The notes under the pieces: model-generated | Seen by the model: only the letters and a program-made list of their open reading frames with translations | Database searches by the model: none | Told to the model about the DNA's origin: nothing | Position numbers and translations under genes: made by a program | Shown here: positions 53,261 to 64,000 of the stretch, piece by piece | Position numbering within the stretch: position 1 is the stretch's first letter | How the letters are laid out: each line of letters opens with the position of its first letter | Origin: Saccostrea echinata | Taxonomy: Eukaryota | Reading direction: 5' to 3' | Assembly: GCF_033153115.1 (NCBI RefSeq) | Contig: NW_026889765.1 | Span: 1,054,001-1,118,000, forward strand | Length of the DNA: 64,000 bases

Positions 53261-54648
53261 AGTATCCTTAGGTGAAGGGGATTCAAATTTTTTCAAATGA
53301 AGGGCCACGCCCTCTTTCAAGGGGAGATAATAAAGAATTAGTGAAAAATTAATAGCATCTTTTAAAAATCTTCTTCTCAAGAACCACAGGGCCAGGAAAG
53401 ATGAAACTCATATGGAAGCATCCTCAGGTAGTGTAGATTCAAGTTTGTTCAAATCATGACCCCGGGGGTAGGGTGGGGCCACAATGGAGGATCAAAGTTT
53501 TACATAGAAATACAAAGGAAAAATCTTTGAAAATCTTCTTCTCAAGAACAGCAAAGCCATGATGAGTCATATTTATTTGGAAGCATCCTCAGGTAGGGTA
53601 GTGTAGATTCAAGTTTATTGAAATCATGACCCCTGGGGGTAGGACGGGACGACAATGGAGGATCAAAGTTTCACATAGAAATATATAGGAAAAATCTTTA
53701 AAAATCTTCTAATCAAGAAGAGCAAAGCCATGTGTCATATTTATATGGAAGCATCCTCAGGTAGTGTAGATTCAAGTTTGTTCAAATCATGACCCCCGGG
53801 GGTAGGATGGGGCCACAATGGAGGATCAAAGTTTTACTTAGAAATATATAGGAAAAATCTTTAAAAATCTTCTTCTCAAGAACAGCAAAGCCATGATGAG
53901 TCATATTTATATGGAAGCATCCTCAGGTAGTGTAGATTCAAATTTGCTCATCTCATGACCCCTGGGGGTAGGGCGGGGCCACAATGGAGGATCAAAGTTT
54001 TACATAGAAATATATAGGAAAAATTTTAAAAATCTTCTTCCCAGGAACAGCAAAGCCCTCATTGATAATATTTATGTGGAAGCATCCTCAGGTAGTGTAG
54101 ATTCTTTTTTTGTTCAAATCATGACCCCCGGGGGTAGGGTGGGGCCACAAATGAGGATCAAAGTGTAAGATAGAAATATATAGGAAAATTTCTTCTTCTG
54201 AAGAACTGCAAAGCCATGATTAGTCATTTTGATTTGGAAGCATCCTCAGGTAGTGTAGATTCAAGTTTGTTAAAATGATGACCCCCGGGGAAAGGGGCGA
54301 GCCACAATGGGGGATCGAAAGTTTTACATAAGAATATATAGAAAAAATATTTCTTCTCAAGAACAGAAAAGGTGTGTTTGGTAATATTGATATGGAAGCA
54401 TCCTCAGGTAGTGTAGATTCAAGTTTGCTCAAATGATGACCCCTGGGATTGGGAGGAGCCACAATAGGGGATCAAATTTTTACAAAAGAATATATGGGAA
54501 AAATTGTTTAAAATCTTCTCAAGTACAACAAAGCCATTTGTTATATTGACATGGAAGCATCATCAGGTAGTTTAAAATTCAAGCCCCCCCCCCCCCCTCG
54601 TAATTTTTTCAATACTGAACTGATTTGTGTTTTTGTCTAGCCAATGTG

Positions 54649-54682
<34 letters not shown>
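53107..54682. mobile_element. Helentron/HINE (oyster Helitron-N type) carrying ~8 tandem copies of a ~160-168-bp satellite monomer
   Basis: Head TTTTAGCTCCCCTGAGCCGAAGGCTCAAGTGAGC followed by a (GTCT/GTCC)n microsatellite. GGAAGCATCCTCAGGTAG recurs at ~53414, 53579, 53747, 53913, 54078, 54236, 54393 and 54553. Tail CTCAGGTGAGCGATGTGGCCCATGGGCCTCTTGT. Confidence 0.85.
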
Positions 54683-55667
54683 CCTGATTTAGTGATGAAA
54701 TTTTTATGATATTAAAAGTTCTGAACTATTTCATTGATGTTAACAAATTTTTGATGTGTTTTCAATGTTAATTGTGGGATTGAAGACGACAAGAAAATGA
54801 TTTAATACTCAGATTCAATGCTATAATAAAGTAATTTGCACGTAAGTTACAATAATAGGTCTATAGTTTTGGATTTAATATCGGTGAGCTTAGCTACAAG
54901 CGTCTGGTTAAAATCATGCCCTTTCTATTTCTAATCGACGACTTGAAGGAAAAGTAATATTACCCTTTGAAAAAAAATTCATACGTACCAAGCCCGACTG
55001 CATTTTATACATCTAGCTTCTACAACAGTTGTAAAATTTCTAATAAAGAAGGATCTATGAAAAAAATTACACTTATTTTGGCGTCAGTAGGTTAATTGGA
55101 ATGGATTATATTTTAAGGTCGCACCTCCTTTTAAGAGACGTTTCTCAATAATATATATATTTCCCAAGAATTTGTGTTTGACATATTTTTCCTCACAAAA
55201 AAACTGAGATGCATTACCAGGCATTTGTGCTAGATTCCAGAGGATGCGATTTCCTATATAGTCCTAGTGGATATAACTTGAATTTCAGCTATCACAATTT
55301 TGGTGTTTATATCTTTAAAGTTTAAAGACATTTTGAAAATAGTTTAAAAATCACTAGATAATAAGAACTATAAATGTATTTGGTACGTTACAAAAGCAGT
55401 TTTTCGAGGAAGGTCTCGTCATACCTTAAACAAAATACATATGGTTTGATCAGTATTTTTTTAAATTAGTAATTGTATTATATATTTATTAAAATCTATA
55501 TAAAAGTAGGAAAATCTATGCACAAAGTTACAAAATAATCTATTTTTTTATGTCAACAGTTCATTTAACAAATCAATTACTTACCGGGGGTACAAGAAAA
55601 TCAACAAATCATACATATTCCTTCTCTATTTACATTATACATATGCAGATGTGGTATAATCTTGATT

Positions 55668-56861
55668 TTAAAGACTCTGACGTCTTCTTTTCATTGCTTT
55701 ATTTTCACAGTCCTCATTAACTGGGCTTACTTTATTTTTTTCAAACAAAGCCATGAGTTTGTTGCGCTTTTCTACAGCACACTGAACAGCGTTAATTAAT
55801 TTTTCTTCTCCTGTCTTTTCTGCGGTGACAATAACCTCCACGTCATTCTGAGTTTCTTTTGATTCTTCCTTCACACTCCCTTCCTTCTGCCTACTTTTAA
55901 CTTCCGGTTTTTCTACTTCCGCCAATTCTTTAGGAACTTCCTTCGCCAAGTCTATGTCCTCATCACGTCGTATATATTGAATTTGATACTCGCGTGCATG
56001 GTAGAACTGTAAACCATAAAAAGAATGGAAATTTCGGGCTATCAGTGGCACAGGCATTCCCATCAAAATGATTCCAGTCAATGCACAGATGGATGCTAGG
56101 ACATATCCTAGAGCAGAATTTGGATAAAAATCGCCGTATCCTACCGTTGTCATGGTGATCAAGGACCACCACATTCCAATGTAAATGTTATTGTAATAAC
56201 TTGTTGCTTCAAAAAACTCTGTACAAAAGATAAATGTTGCAAAAAATGTGGTCGCCATTATCATGAAAATAAAAAGCAAAAACAATTCTCGTTTGCTTGC
56301 TTTCACTGCAAGCCACAAGGTTTTCAGGCCATGGTAATGTGCTGTAAATCGAAACAACCGTAGAACTCGGAGAGTCATCAAGGTCTGAAGTAAAAGAAAC
56401 CATCCGATTCTGTTCACATTGTGCCAGTGTGTTCGATCCAAGAAGTCGATTGCAAACATACACGTCGCTGGAATAAGATAGAGGATGTCGCATATCGTCG
56501 TGAAGGATTTGAGCATGCGCCACCGCCGTCTACCAAAAAGAAATCGGAAAATTATCTCTGTCGTAAAAAATATTAGACAGAATAAGTCGAAAAATAGTAA
56601 AGCACTGTGGGGTTGAGTAGTCAAAAAAGATAACACCCTGTTGTTGTGTGTGGGTAAAGTATCACAATGGTCGATACAGGGTTCTGAAAAATTCGTAAAG
56701 CGTGGTGGAACAAGGACATAGTAGCTGTTTTCTGCAATGTGTTTGGGTACGTATCTTTGGAAAAATGTGTTTTTTGGTTCCACTCTGCACGAGGCAAGGG
56801 TACTTGTAAACATGCAGATGATGGACAGGATGACAAGTGTCATATACAAAATCGACCATAC
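55668..56861 (-). CDS. Final coding exon (S1-S6) of a second, divergent Shaw-like Kv channel; its T1 exon is not seen in the window
   Basis: Acceptor tttttttcag ends at 56862, in frame VWSILYMTLVILSIICMF…. S4 LMTLRVLRLFRFTAHY, pore WWSLITMTTVGYGDF, S6 GMPVPLIARNF. Same phase-0 intron position just before S1 as the first Kv gene. Confidence 0.92.
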   Translation of the reverse strand, partial: VWSILYMTLVILSIICMFTSTLASCRVEPKNTFFQRYVPKHIAENSYYVLVPPRFTNFSEPCIDHCDTLPTHNNRVLSFLTTQPHSALLFFDLFCLIFFTTEIIFRFLFGRRRWRMLKSFTTICDILYLIPATCMFAIDFLDRTHWHNVNRIGWFLLLQTLMTLRVLRLFRFTAHYHGLKTLWLAVKASKRELFLLFIFMIMATTFFATFIFCTEFFEATSYYNNIYIGMWWSLITMTTVGYGDFYPNSALGYVLASICALTGIILMGMPVPLIARNFHSFYGLQFYHAREYQIQYIRRDEDIDLAKEVPKELAEVEKPEVKSRQKEGSVKEESKETQNDVEVIVTAEKTGEEKLINAVQCAVEKRNKLMALFEKNKVSPVNEDCENKAMKRRRQSL

Positions 56862-57277
56862 CTGAAAAAAAAAATCATGAAAATAATATTCAGTACATGT
56901 ATATTTGTCTCATTTGGTTATGATTATAAGGGAAAATTTACAATAGAAAATACTATACTCAGGAAAATGCCCCCCCCCCCCCCCCGCGTTCTACGGGCCT
57001 GTATTAATTAAGAATGTGCTTTTACTACTACATGTATATGTCGTAAAGCGAATGGCAACTACATGTACTTTGGTTTCTGACTCAATGATCGTGATCTTTG
57101 ACCTTTATTTAACGAGGCCGAGTCTAATTCGAGTGCGCATGACTGCGCAGCTTTTTTAATTCATGCATTATTTTAATTTCATGCAATCTTAGGTACGACA
57201 TTACACCTTTCCTAGTTTTTTGTGATTTTAATACCGTCTATGGGTTGAAAATGTGCTTTCAAGACAATAATTATAGG

Positions 57278-58320
57278 AACTAGTATTAATTGTAACGGGG
57301 ACCGTTACAGATGTTCCCCAAACGCTCCCCAACTCCCTTTTGGTGTCTTATTTCCTGTAAGCTTCATTAAATAAGGCAATCAAGTATATTGGTCATTTAA
57401 CGCATTTCACGCGCGCGCACGTGCATGCATGTGCAGGTTGACCATGTCATTCCGTCTATACTATAAATGCATCTTTATATTCTTAGTATGAAAACATTTC
57501 ATCAAAAAATATATAAGTTCCGGCTATATCAAGTATATTGGTCATCTTAGCATTGCGCGCACGCGCACCTGTATGCATGTTCATAATGACCATGCCATTT
57601 TGTCTACACTTATAATATGTCTGTTTATTCTTAGTATCAAAGCTTTTCATCAAAAAATATAAAAGTTACGGCTATATTAAGTATATTGGTCATTAAACAC
57701 ATTGCACGCGCGCGCATGTGCATGCATGTGCATGATGGCCACATCATCTTGTCTACACTTTTAATATATCTGTATATTCTTAATATCAAAGCTTTTCATC
57801 AAAAAATATAAAAATTACGGCTATATTAAGTAAATTGGTCATTTAACACATTGCACGCGCGCGCACGTGCATGCATATGCATGCATGTGCATGATGATCA
57901 TGTCGTCTTGTCTACACTTTTAATACATATGAATTTTTGAGTATCAAAGCATTCCATCAAAAAATTTCAAAGTTACGACTATATCAAGTAAATTGGTCAT
58001 TTTACGCTTTGCGCGTGCGCGCACGTGCATGCATGTGCATGTTGACCATGTCATCTTGTTCACACTTTTAATATATCCTTATATTCTGAGTATCAAAGCA
58101 TTTCATCAAAAAATATAAAAGTTACAGCTATATCAAGTATATTGGTCATTTTACGCATTGCACGCGCACGCACGTGCATGCACGTGCGCGCAAAATGACC
58201 TTCGTTCCGCAAATCTACATTACATGCCTAGTAACCCTAAAAAGGTTTCACCTCAATCGGATGTGTGGTTTCGGAGATCACTCACGGACGAAAAAGTACC
58301 CAGGAAGAAAAATAATAATA
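57278..58320. mobile_element. Helentron-like element with ~5-6 tandem ~150-bp monomers containing GCACGCGCGCGCACGTGCATGCATGTGC
   Basis: AAGTATATTGGTCAT recurs at ~57382, 57531, 57679, 57828, 57986 and 58135. Starts at AACTAG and ends in (AAT)n. Confidence 0.7.
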
Positions 58321-61300
58321 ACTAGAAACTCATTGCGAGCAATGAGAGGTCTTCCGTCCGATTCGGAAGAAAAAAAAGAAAATTCAAGCTGAAAAAGTGA
58401 TAAAAGAAATTCAGACACTCTGGAGATTTAACCCTGCTCGTCAGCGTGAAAATCCAACGTGCTAACCATTAACCATTCACTTTTATGCATCACTTCCTGT
58501 CACGACCGGAAGTAACGGCGATACAAGATTTTCTCACGATTCAAATAAACTGATAACTGACTATCAGTCCTGAAAGTTTTAGTCTTCAGTCGTTTATTGT
58601 TACCAAGCAATATTGTGAGAACAAATTCTAATTTTGAGGACAGGTAAACACGCGACCGGAAGTGAATTTTATATAAATCTATGACTTTTCTGTAGACATT
58701 TGCAGTATCTACAACATACAAAAATCATCTCGAGTACTTTATCCATAAGCAATATTTACGAGAAAGTTAAATATAAAAATAAAGTAGTTTATCTCCTAAA
58801 ACCGGAAGTTAATGTTTTTGTTTCCGGTGGAATCTAACATATTTCGAAATAGCAAAAGGGATGCAATAAAGTGATGGAAGTTTTAATTTAGAAAAGAGAA
58901 GTTAAACTTTTTGATTTCTTTGATCATTTCTTGTGACAAGTGGAAGTGACGACTGACGCGTTTAACCCAAATGATTTTGCCTACTCCTCAAGGCCCATTA
59001 CTCTTACAAGTTTGGTGTTTTAATCTTTTACCTGTTTTTGAGATCTCGCTCAGAAAACTTCTCAAGTTGAGGACAGGAAAACACGCGACCGGAAGTGAAT
59101 TTTTGAAAGATATTTAGGGATACTCTAGACATTTGCTATCTGTATAACATATTTATAATTTATTTCAAATACTTTATCTACAAAAGATATTAATGGGAAA
59201 GAAAAATACTCAATTTATGTAGTTTTTCTCTTATAACCGGAAGTTGTCATATTTGTTTCTGGTAGGACCAACATCTTTCGAATCTGCGAAAAAGATGCAA
59301 TAAAATGATGCAATTTTTAATTAAATAAAGAAAAGTTGAAATTTTTGATTTCTTTTATCAATTCCTGTGAAGACTGGAAGTGACGGCTGACGCTCTGAAC
59401 CCAAATGGTTTTGCCTACATCTTAAGGACTGTTGCTCATATAAGTTAGGTGTCTTAATCTCTTACCGTTTTCGAGTTCTTACTCAGACTTCTCGTATAGA
59501 ATTTTTCAAGAACTCTTGAGTAGTTTTAATTGTAATAAACAGGCTATATCCTGGATTGTTTAACCTACCAAGCCAACCTTCTTTTTTTTAGATTTTGCCA
59601 AATCAGTGTTTTTGCAATTCTCAATGCATTTCCTGTGTAAAATGTTGATAAAAGGGACCTACATAATTTTTCACCATAATATTTCTCCAAAACTCACTTA
59701 TTTCATATGGTTTTTTATTTCAATTTTTATTCGTAGTTATAAATGCTGCTTCCTTTATAGAACCTAGAAACTGATCTCAGTCGGTCTGCCTTTCAGCATA
59801 TGTCACATCTTTGCCTTTCCCAGCACACTGAGCATAACTATGGTAAATGACGACCTGTTGGCTCTTTGTCTCCTGAATACAATGTACAACAAAGCCATTA
59901 CTACTTTTCTTTCTTGCTGTATAGATGATTCCATCCATTGAAGGAAGTACGCATGCTTTTTGTTTACCTCTGTAAACATATGCTTTATTGGTTTTCACCG
60001 CTTAGAGAATTCTACACGGGAGATCACTCTCAATCACTATTTCATAAGTAAAAAATCCCATGTATTTAACCTTCTTTTTTTTTTCAGGAAAACTTTGACT
60101 TGCCAATGTCCGTAAAATATAACATGGGTCCTTCAAAAATGCAAGGATTTTTAAGGATTTATTAAAACAAATGCAAATAGCACAGGATTCACACAGAAAA
60201 AAAAACATCATTTATAAAGATGAAAACGTAAATTAAAGGTAAAAATGAGAAAGAAAATTCAGACATAATCGGGATTAAACCCGAAAAAATAGAACACCGT
60301 TGACGTTGGAGGTTAGTGTACGAGGTAGCAGCCACCCGAGGAGCTCCGAGTACCGACCTGCTCGTCGGAGTTTACGGAGACAGCCGCCATTTTGGACCCG
60401 CTTCAAATTTTAAAATGCGAATATCTAGAGTTTGGATTTATCAATTTTTAAACAAATTATATATTAAGCCTTTTTGGAAATGCCTCTATTAACCCTACTA
60501 ATATCAAAGAAAAAAATGAAAAACAAAAAAGTTAGAAAATTCAACTTTTTAAATTCGCATCCGGTAACGACTGGAAGTACCGACGACGAACGAAAGGTCA
60601 TGTCCCGGCTAGGATTTATCACGATCTATAATCCCTGAAAGTTTCACATTGATATCTTTTACCGTTCTTGAGATTAGTTGCGGACAAAATGTCTTTTTAA
60701 ATTCAGAAAATGGTCGGTAACTTGGCACCGGAAGTGATTTTCCAGAAAATCTCTCGGATAAAATAACTTCAGATTAAAACACATTGTTCCTGCAAATTTC
60801 ATTAAATTTCATCCAGTAGTCTTTGAGAAATCGCGTGCACAAAATTAGATGGGCGGAAAAATAATAATAATAATAATAATAAGAAACAGTAGAATCACTA
60901 TAAGGTCTTCCGTGAAGACGGAAGACCTTAACTAGATACTTATTGCCAAGGCAACAACAGGTCTTCCGTTTTCTTGACTTCTTTGAAAAAAAAAAACAAT
61001 CTTCTCAATACGATTACTCTAAATAATTAACAAAAGTTATCACAAGGCTTCCAAAGATATGTAAATACAGATAAAAACAAACGGAATTACTTTTCTGTTT
61101 TCTTTATGTACTTCGTCATGAACGAAAGTGCTCCAAACGAATAAAATGTTCATTCTACACCTAAATTATTCACAACTGATCATCCCAAAAGTTTCCATGA
61201 AAAACTACTCATGTTTGAGACAACTTCTTGTTTTTCGGTTGGCACTTCAGATGAAAATAATTTGCATGGTCATGATCTATCTAACATCTGCATTAGCCAA

Positions 61301-62526
61301 ACATTTCTGTAAAAAGAAAAAAACTTTAAAAATTCACTTTTTTTGCATCGCTTCCTTCATGACCGGAAATGACGGCAACGTACGATTTTTACATGATGTA
61401 GATAAACTGGTGACTGACTATCAGTTCTGAAAGTTTTATACTTCAGTTATGTACTGTTTTTGAGCAATTAGGTGAACAAAATCTCAATTTGAGGACAGAA
61501 AAACACGTGACCGGAAGTGCATTTTGCTAAGATGGTTGACTTCACACTAGACAATTGCAGTCTCAATAACATATGTAAAAATCATTTCAAAAAACTTTAT
61601 CAATAAGTGATATTATTGGGAAAGTTAAAAATACCAATTACATAGTTTCTCTCTTATAACCGGAAGTTGTCGTTTTTTTCGAGTGAGACCAACACATATA
61701 GAAACTGAGAAAGAGACTCAATTATATAATGAAAGTTTTATTTCAAAAGAGAAAAGTTTAAATTTTTGATTTCTTTGATCACTTCCTGTAACAACCGGAA
61801 GTGACGGCTGACGCTATTAACCCAAAGGGTTTTGCCTACTCATTAAGTTCTATTACTCATATAAGTTTGATGTCTTAATCTCTTACCGTTTCTGAGATTT
61901 CACTTTGACAAATTCTTATTTTGCGGACAGTAAAACACGCGACCGGAAGTGAATTTTACCAAGATATTTGACGTTACTCTAGACATTTGCAGTCTAAATA
62001 ACATATCTAAAAATCATTTCAAAAACTTCATCTATAAGCGATATTTATGGGAAAGTAAAATACTCAAATTATGTAGTTTTTCGCTTATAACCAGAAGTTG
62101 ACGTTTCTGTTTCCGGTGGGACCAACATATTTCGAAACTGCGAAACAGATGCAATAATGTGATGCAAGATTTAATTAAAATAAGAAAAGTTGAAATTTTC
62201 GATTTTTTTGATCACTTCCTGTGACGACCGGAAGTGACGGCTGACAGATTTAAACATATTCTGCAAACGTACTTGACATGATCTATAATCCCTGAAAGTT
62301 TGAGGTCTTAATCTTTTACCGTTTCTGAGATATCGTCCGGACATGATCTCTTTTTAAAAAAACGGAAATCGGACATATCTAACGACCGGAAGTGAATTTT
62401 GCAAAATCCTTAAAAATGTTTTTAGTTTATTTTATTTGTCATAATCCCTGAAAGTTTCAAGAAAATCCATCGAGCCATCTCTGAGAAATCGCTTGGACAA
62501 AAAATGGGAAAAAAATAATAATAATA
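58320..62526. mobile_element. Two consecutive Helentron-like elements with ~433-bp ACCGGAAGT-rich tandem units
   Basis: AACTAG…GGTCTTCCG heads at 58320 and 60930. Terminal hairpin AAGGTCTTCCGTGAAGACGGAAGACCTT at 60902-60929. Unit marker GGACAG.AAACACG.GACCGGAAGTG at ~58638/59071 and ~61493/61925. Confidence 0.7.
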
Positions 62527-62535
62527 ACTAGATGA

Positions 62536-62574
<39 letters not shown>

Positions 62575-64000
62575 TTTTCGATAAGATGAGACATGATCTT
62601 GACTATGATCTTTGTTAAAAGAAAATAATATATAGACTTCCCTAATTAGATTTCATTCTTTTGATTTCTATAACATTATCAAAGAGCTATAGATGACATG
62701 CCTTTGGCCCCTCTGAGCCCCTAGTTTGAGGGGTCAGCCCCTTTTTCTTAATATCAATTGAAAAGTCCTGTGATTTTTTTTGTTGTGAAGATATGGTGAA
62801 TGGAAATATTTAGGGGCCACCCCCCCCCCCCCACTCCTTAATGGGACCGTTTGACAAAAATTGAAAGGGTGCATATTGTTTAGAACATTATTCTGACCAT
62901 CTTTTGTTCAGTATTGCTTATCAAAATATTCCCCCTTTTCGAGATATAAAGCGTCAAAGATTTAGCATACTGGCCCCTTGTGACCCTTATTACGTAACAT
63001 ATGATCAGAATCTTATCATATATTGTTGTAAATCGTTAAGATAATCATCTTTTCTTCAGTAATGTATTACAAATTATTGATCATTAAAGAGTTAAAGATG
63101 AAAGACTTTTGGCCCCTCTCAGCCCCTAATTTGAGGGATCAGCCCCTTTTTCTTGATATGAAATGAAAGGTCTTGGGATTTTGAAGACTTTTTGTTCAAC
63201 AACTATTCAGAGAATTCTTTTTGTTGTGGAGATATGCTTCAAGGAAATATTTAGGGGCCAGCCCTCCAAGTCCTTAATGGTACTGTTTGACAAAAATTGA
63301 AAGAGTGCATATTGTTTAGAACATTATTCTGACCATCTTTTGTTCAGTATTGCTTATCAAAATATTATCCCTTTTCGAGATATAAAGTGTCAAAGATTTA
63401 GCATTCTGGCCCCTTGTGACCCCTTATTATGTAACATATGATCAGAATCTTATCATATATTGCTGTAATTTATTAAGATAAACATCTTTGCTTCAGTAAT
63501 GTATTGCAAATTATTGCTCGTTAAAGAGTTACAGATGAAAGACTTTTGGCCCCTCTCAGCCCCTAATTTGAAGGGTCAGCTCCTTTTTCTTGATATCATA
63601 TGAAAGGTCTTGTGATTTTGAAGACTTTTTGTTCAATAACTATTCAGAGTTTTCTTTTCGTTGTGGAGATATGCTGAATTGAAATACTTAGGGGCCACTC
63701 CTCCAGGTCCTTATTGGGGCCGTTTGACAAAAATTGAAAGAGTGCATATTGCTTAGAACATTATTCTGACCATCTTTTGTTCAGTATTGCTTATCAAAAT
63801 ATTATCCCTTTTCGAGATATAAAGTGTCAAAGATGTAGCATTCTGGCCCCTTGTGACCCCTTATTACGTAACATATGATCAGAATCTTATCATATATTGC
63901 TGTAATTTATTAAGATAAACATCTTTGCTTCAGTAATGTATTACAAATTATTGATTGTTAAAGAGTTACAGATGAAAGACTTTTGGCCCCTCTCAGCCCC
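62527..64000. repeat. Helentron-like head followed by a 437-bp tandem satellite running off the window end
   Basis: AACTAGATGAGATCTCGTTGCGAGCAACGAG…GGTCTTCCGTCC head. GGCCCCTCT(C/G)AGCCCC at 62706, 63111, 63548 and 63985 (period 437 for the last three). Confidence 0.85.

Overview
AT-rich eukaryotic genomic DNA, probably from a bivalve or oyster (inferred from Helentron/HINE-type repeats carrying satellite arrays, a Deu/Nin-type tRNA SINE and divergent Shaw-type K+ channels; the species cannot be determined from sequence alone). Protein genes: two minus-strand exons of a coiled-coil protein resembling the RIMBP/JAKMIP N-terminus (1203-2523), a small frameshift-split ORF with a mitochondrial-presequence-like N-terminus (5944-6401, -), a two-coding-exon Kv3/Shaw-like channel (41992-49682, +), and the last exon of a convergent, divergent Kv paralogue (55668-56861, -). 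The main finding is a ~7.7 kb minus-strand array (10851-18556) of 36 miR-184-family pre-miRNA hairpins, counted by eye. They fall into three sequence types repeating A-B-C, with a higher-order spacer pattern, conserved CNNC processing motifs, seed-variant copies, one recombinant copy and one SINE insertion. The rest of the window is mostly non-autonomous DNA transposons, Helentron-borne satellites, SINE/LINE fragments and microsatellites.
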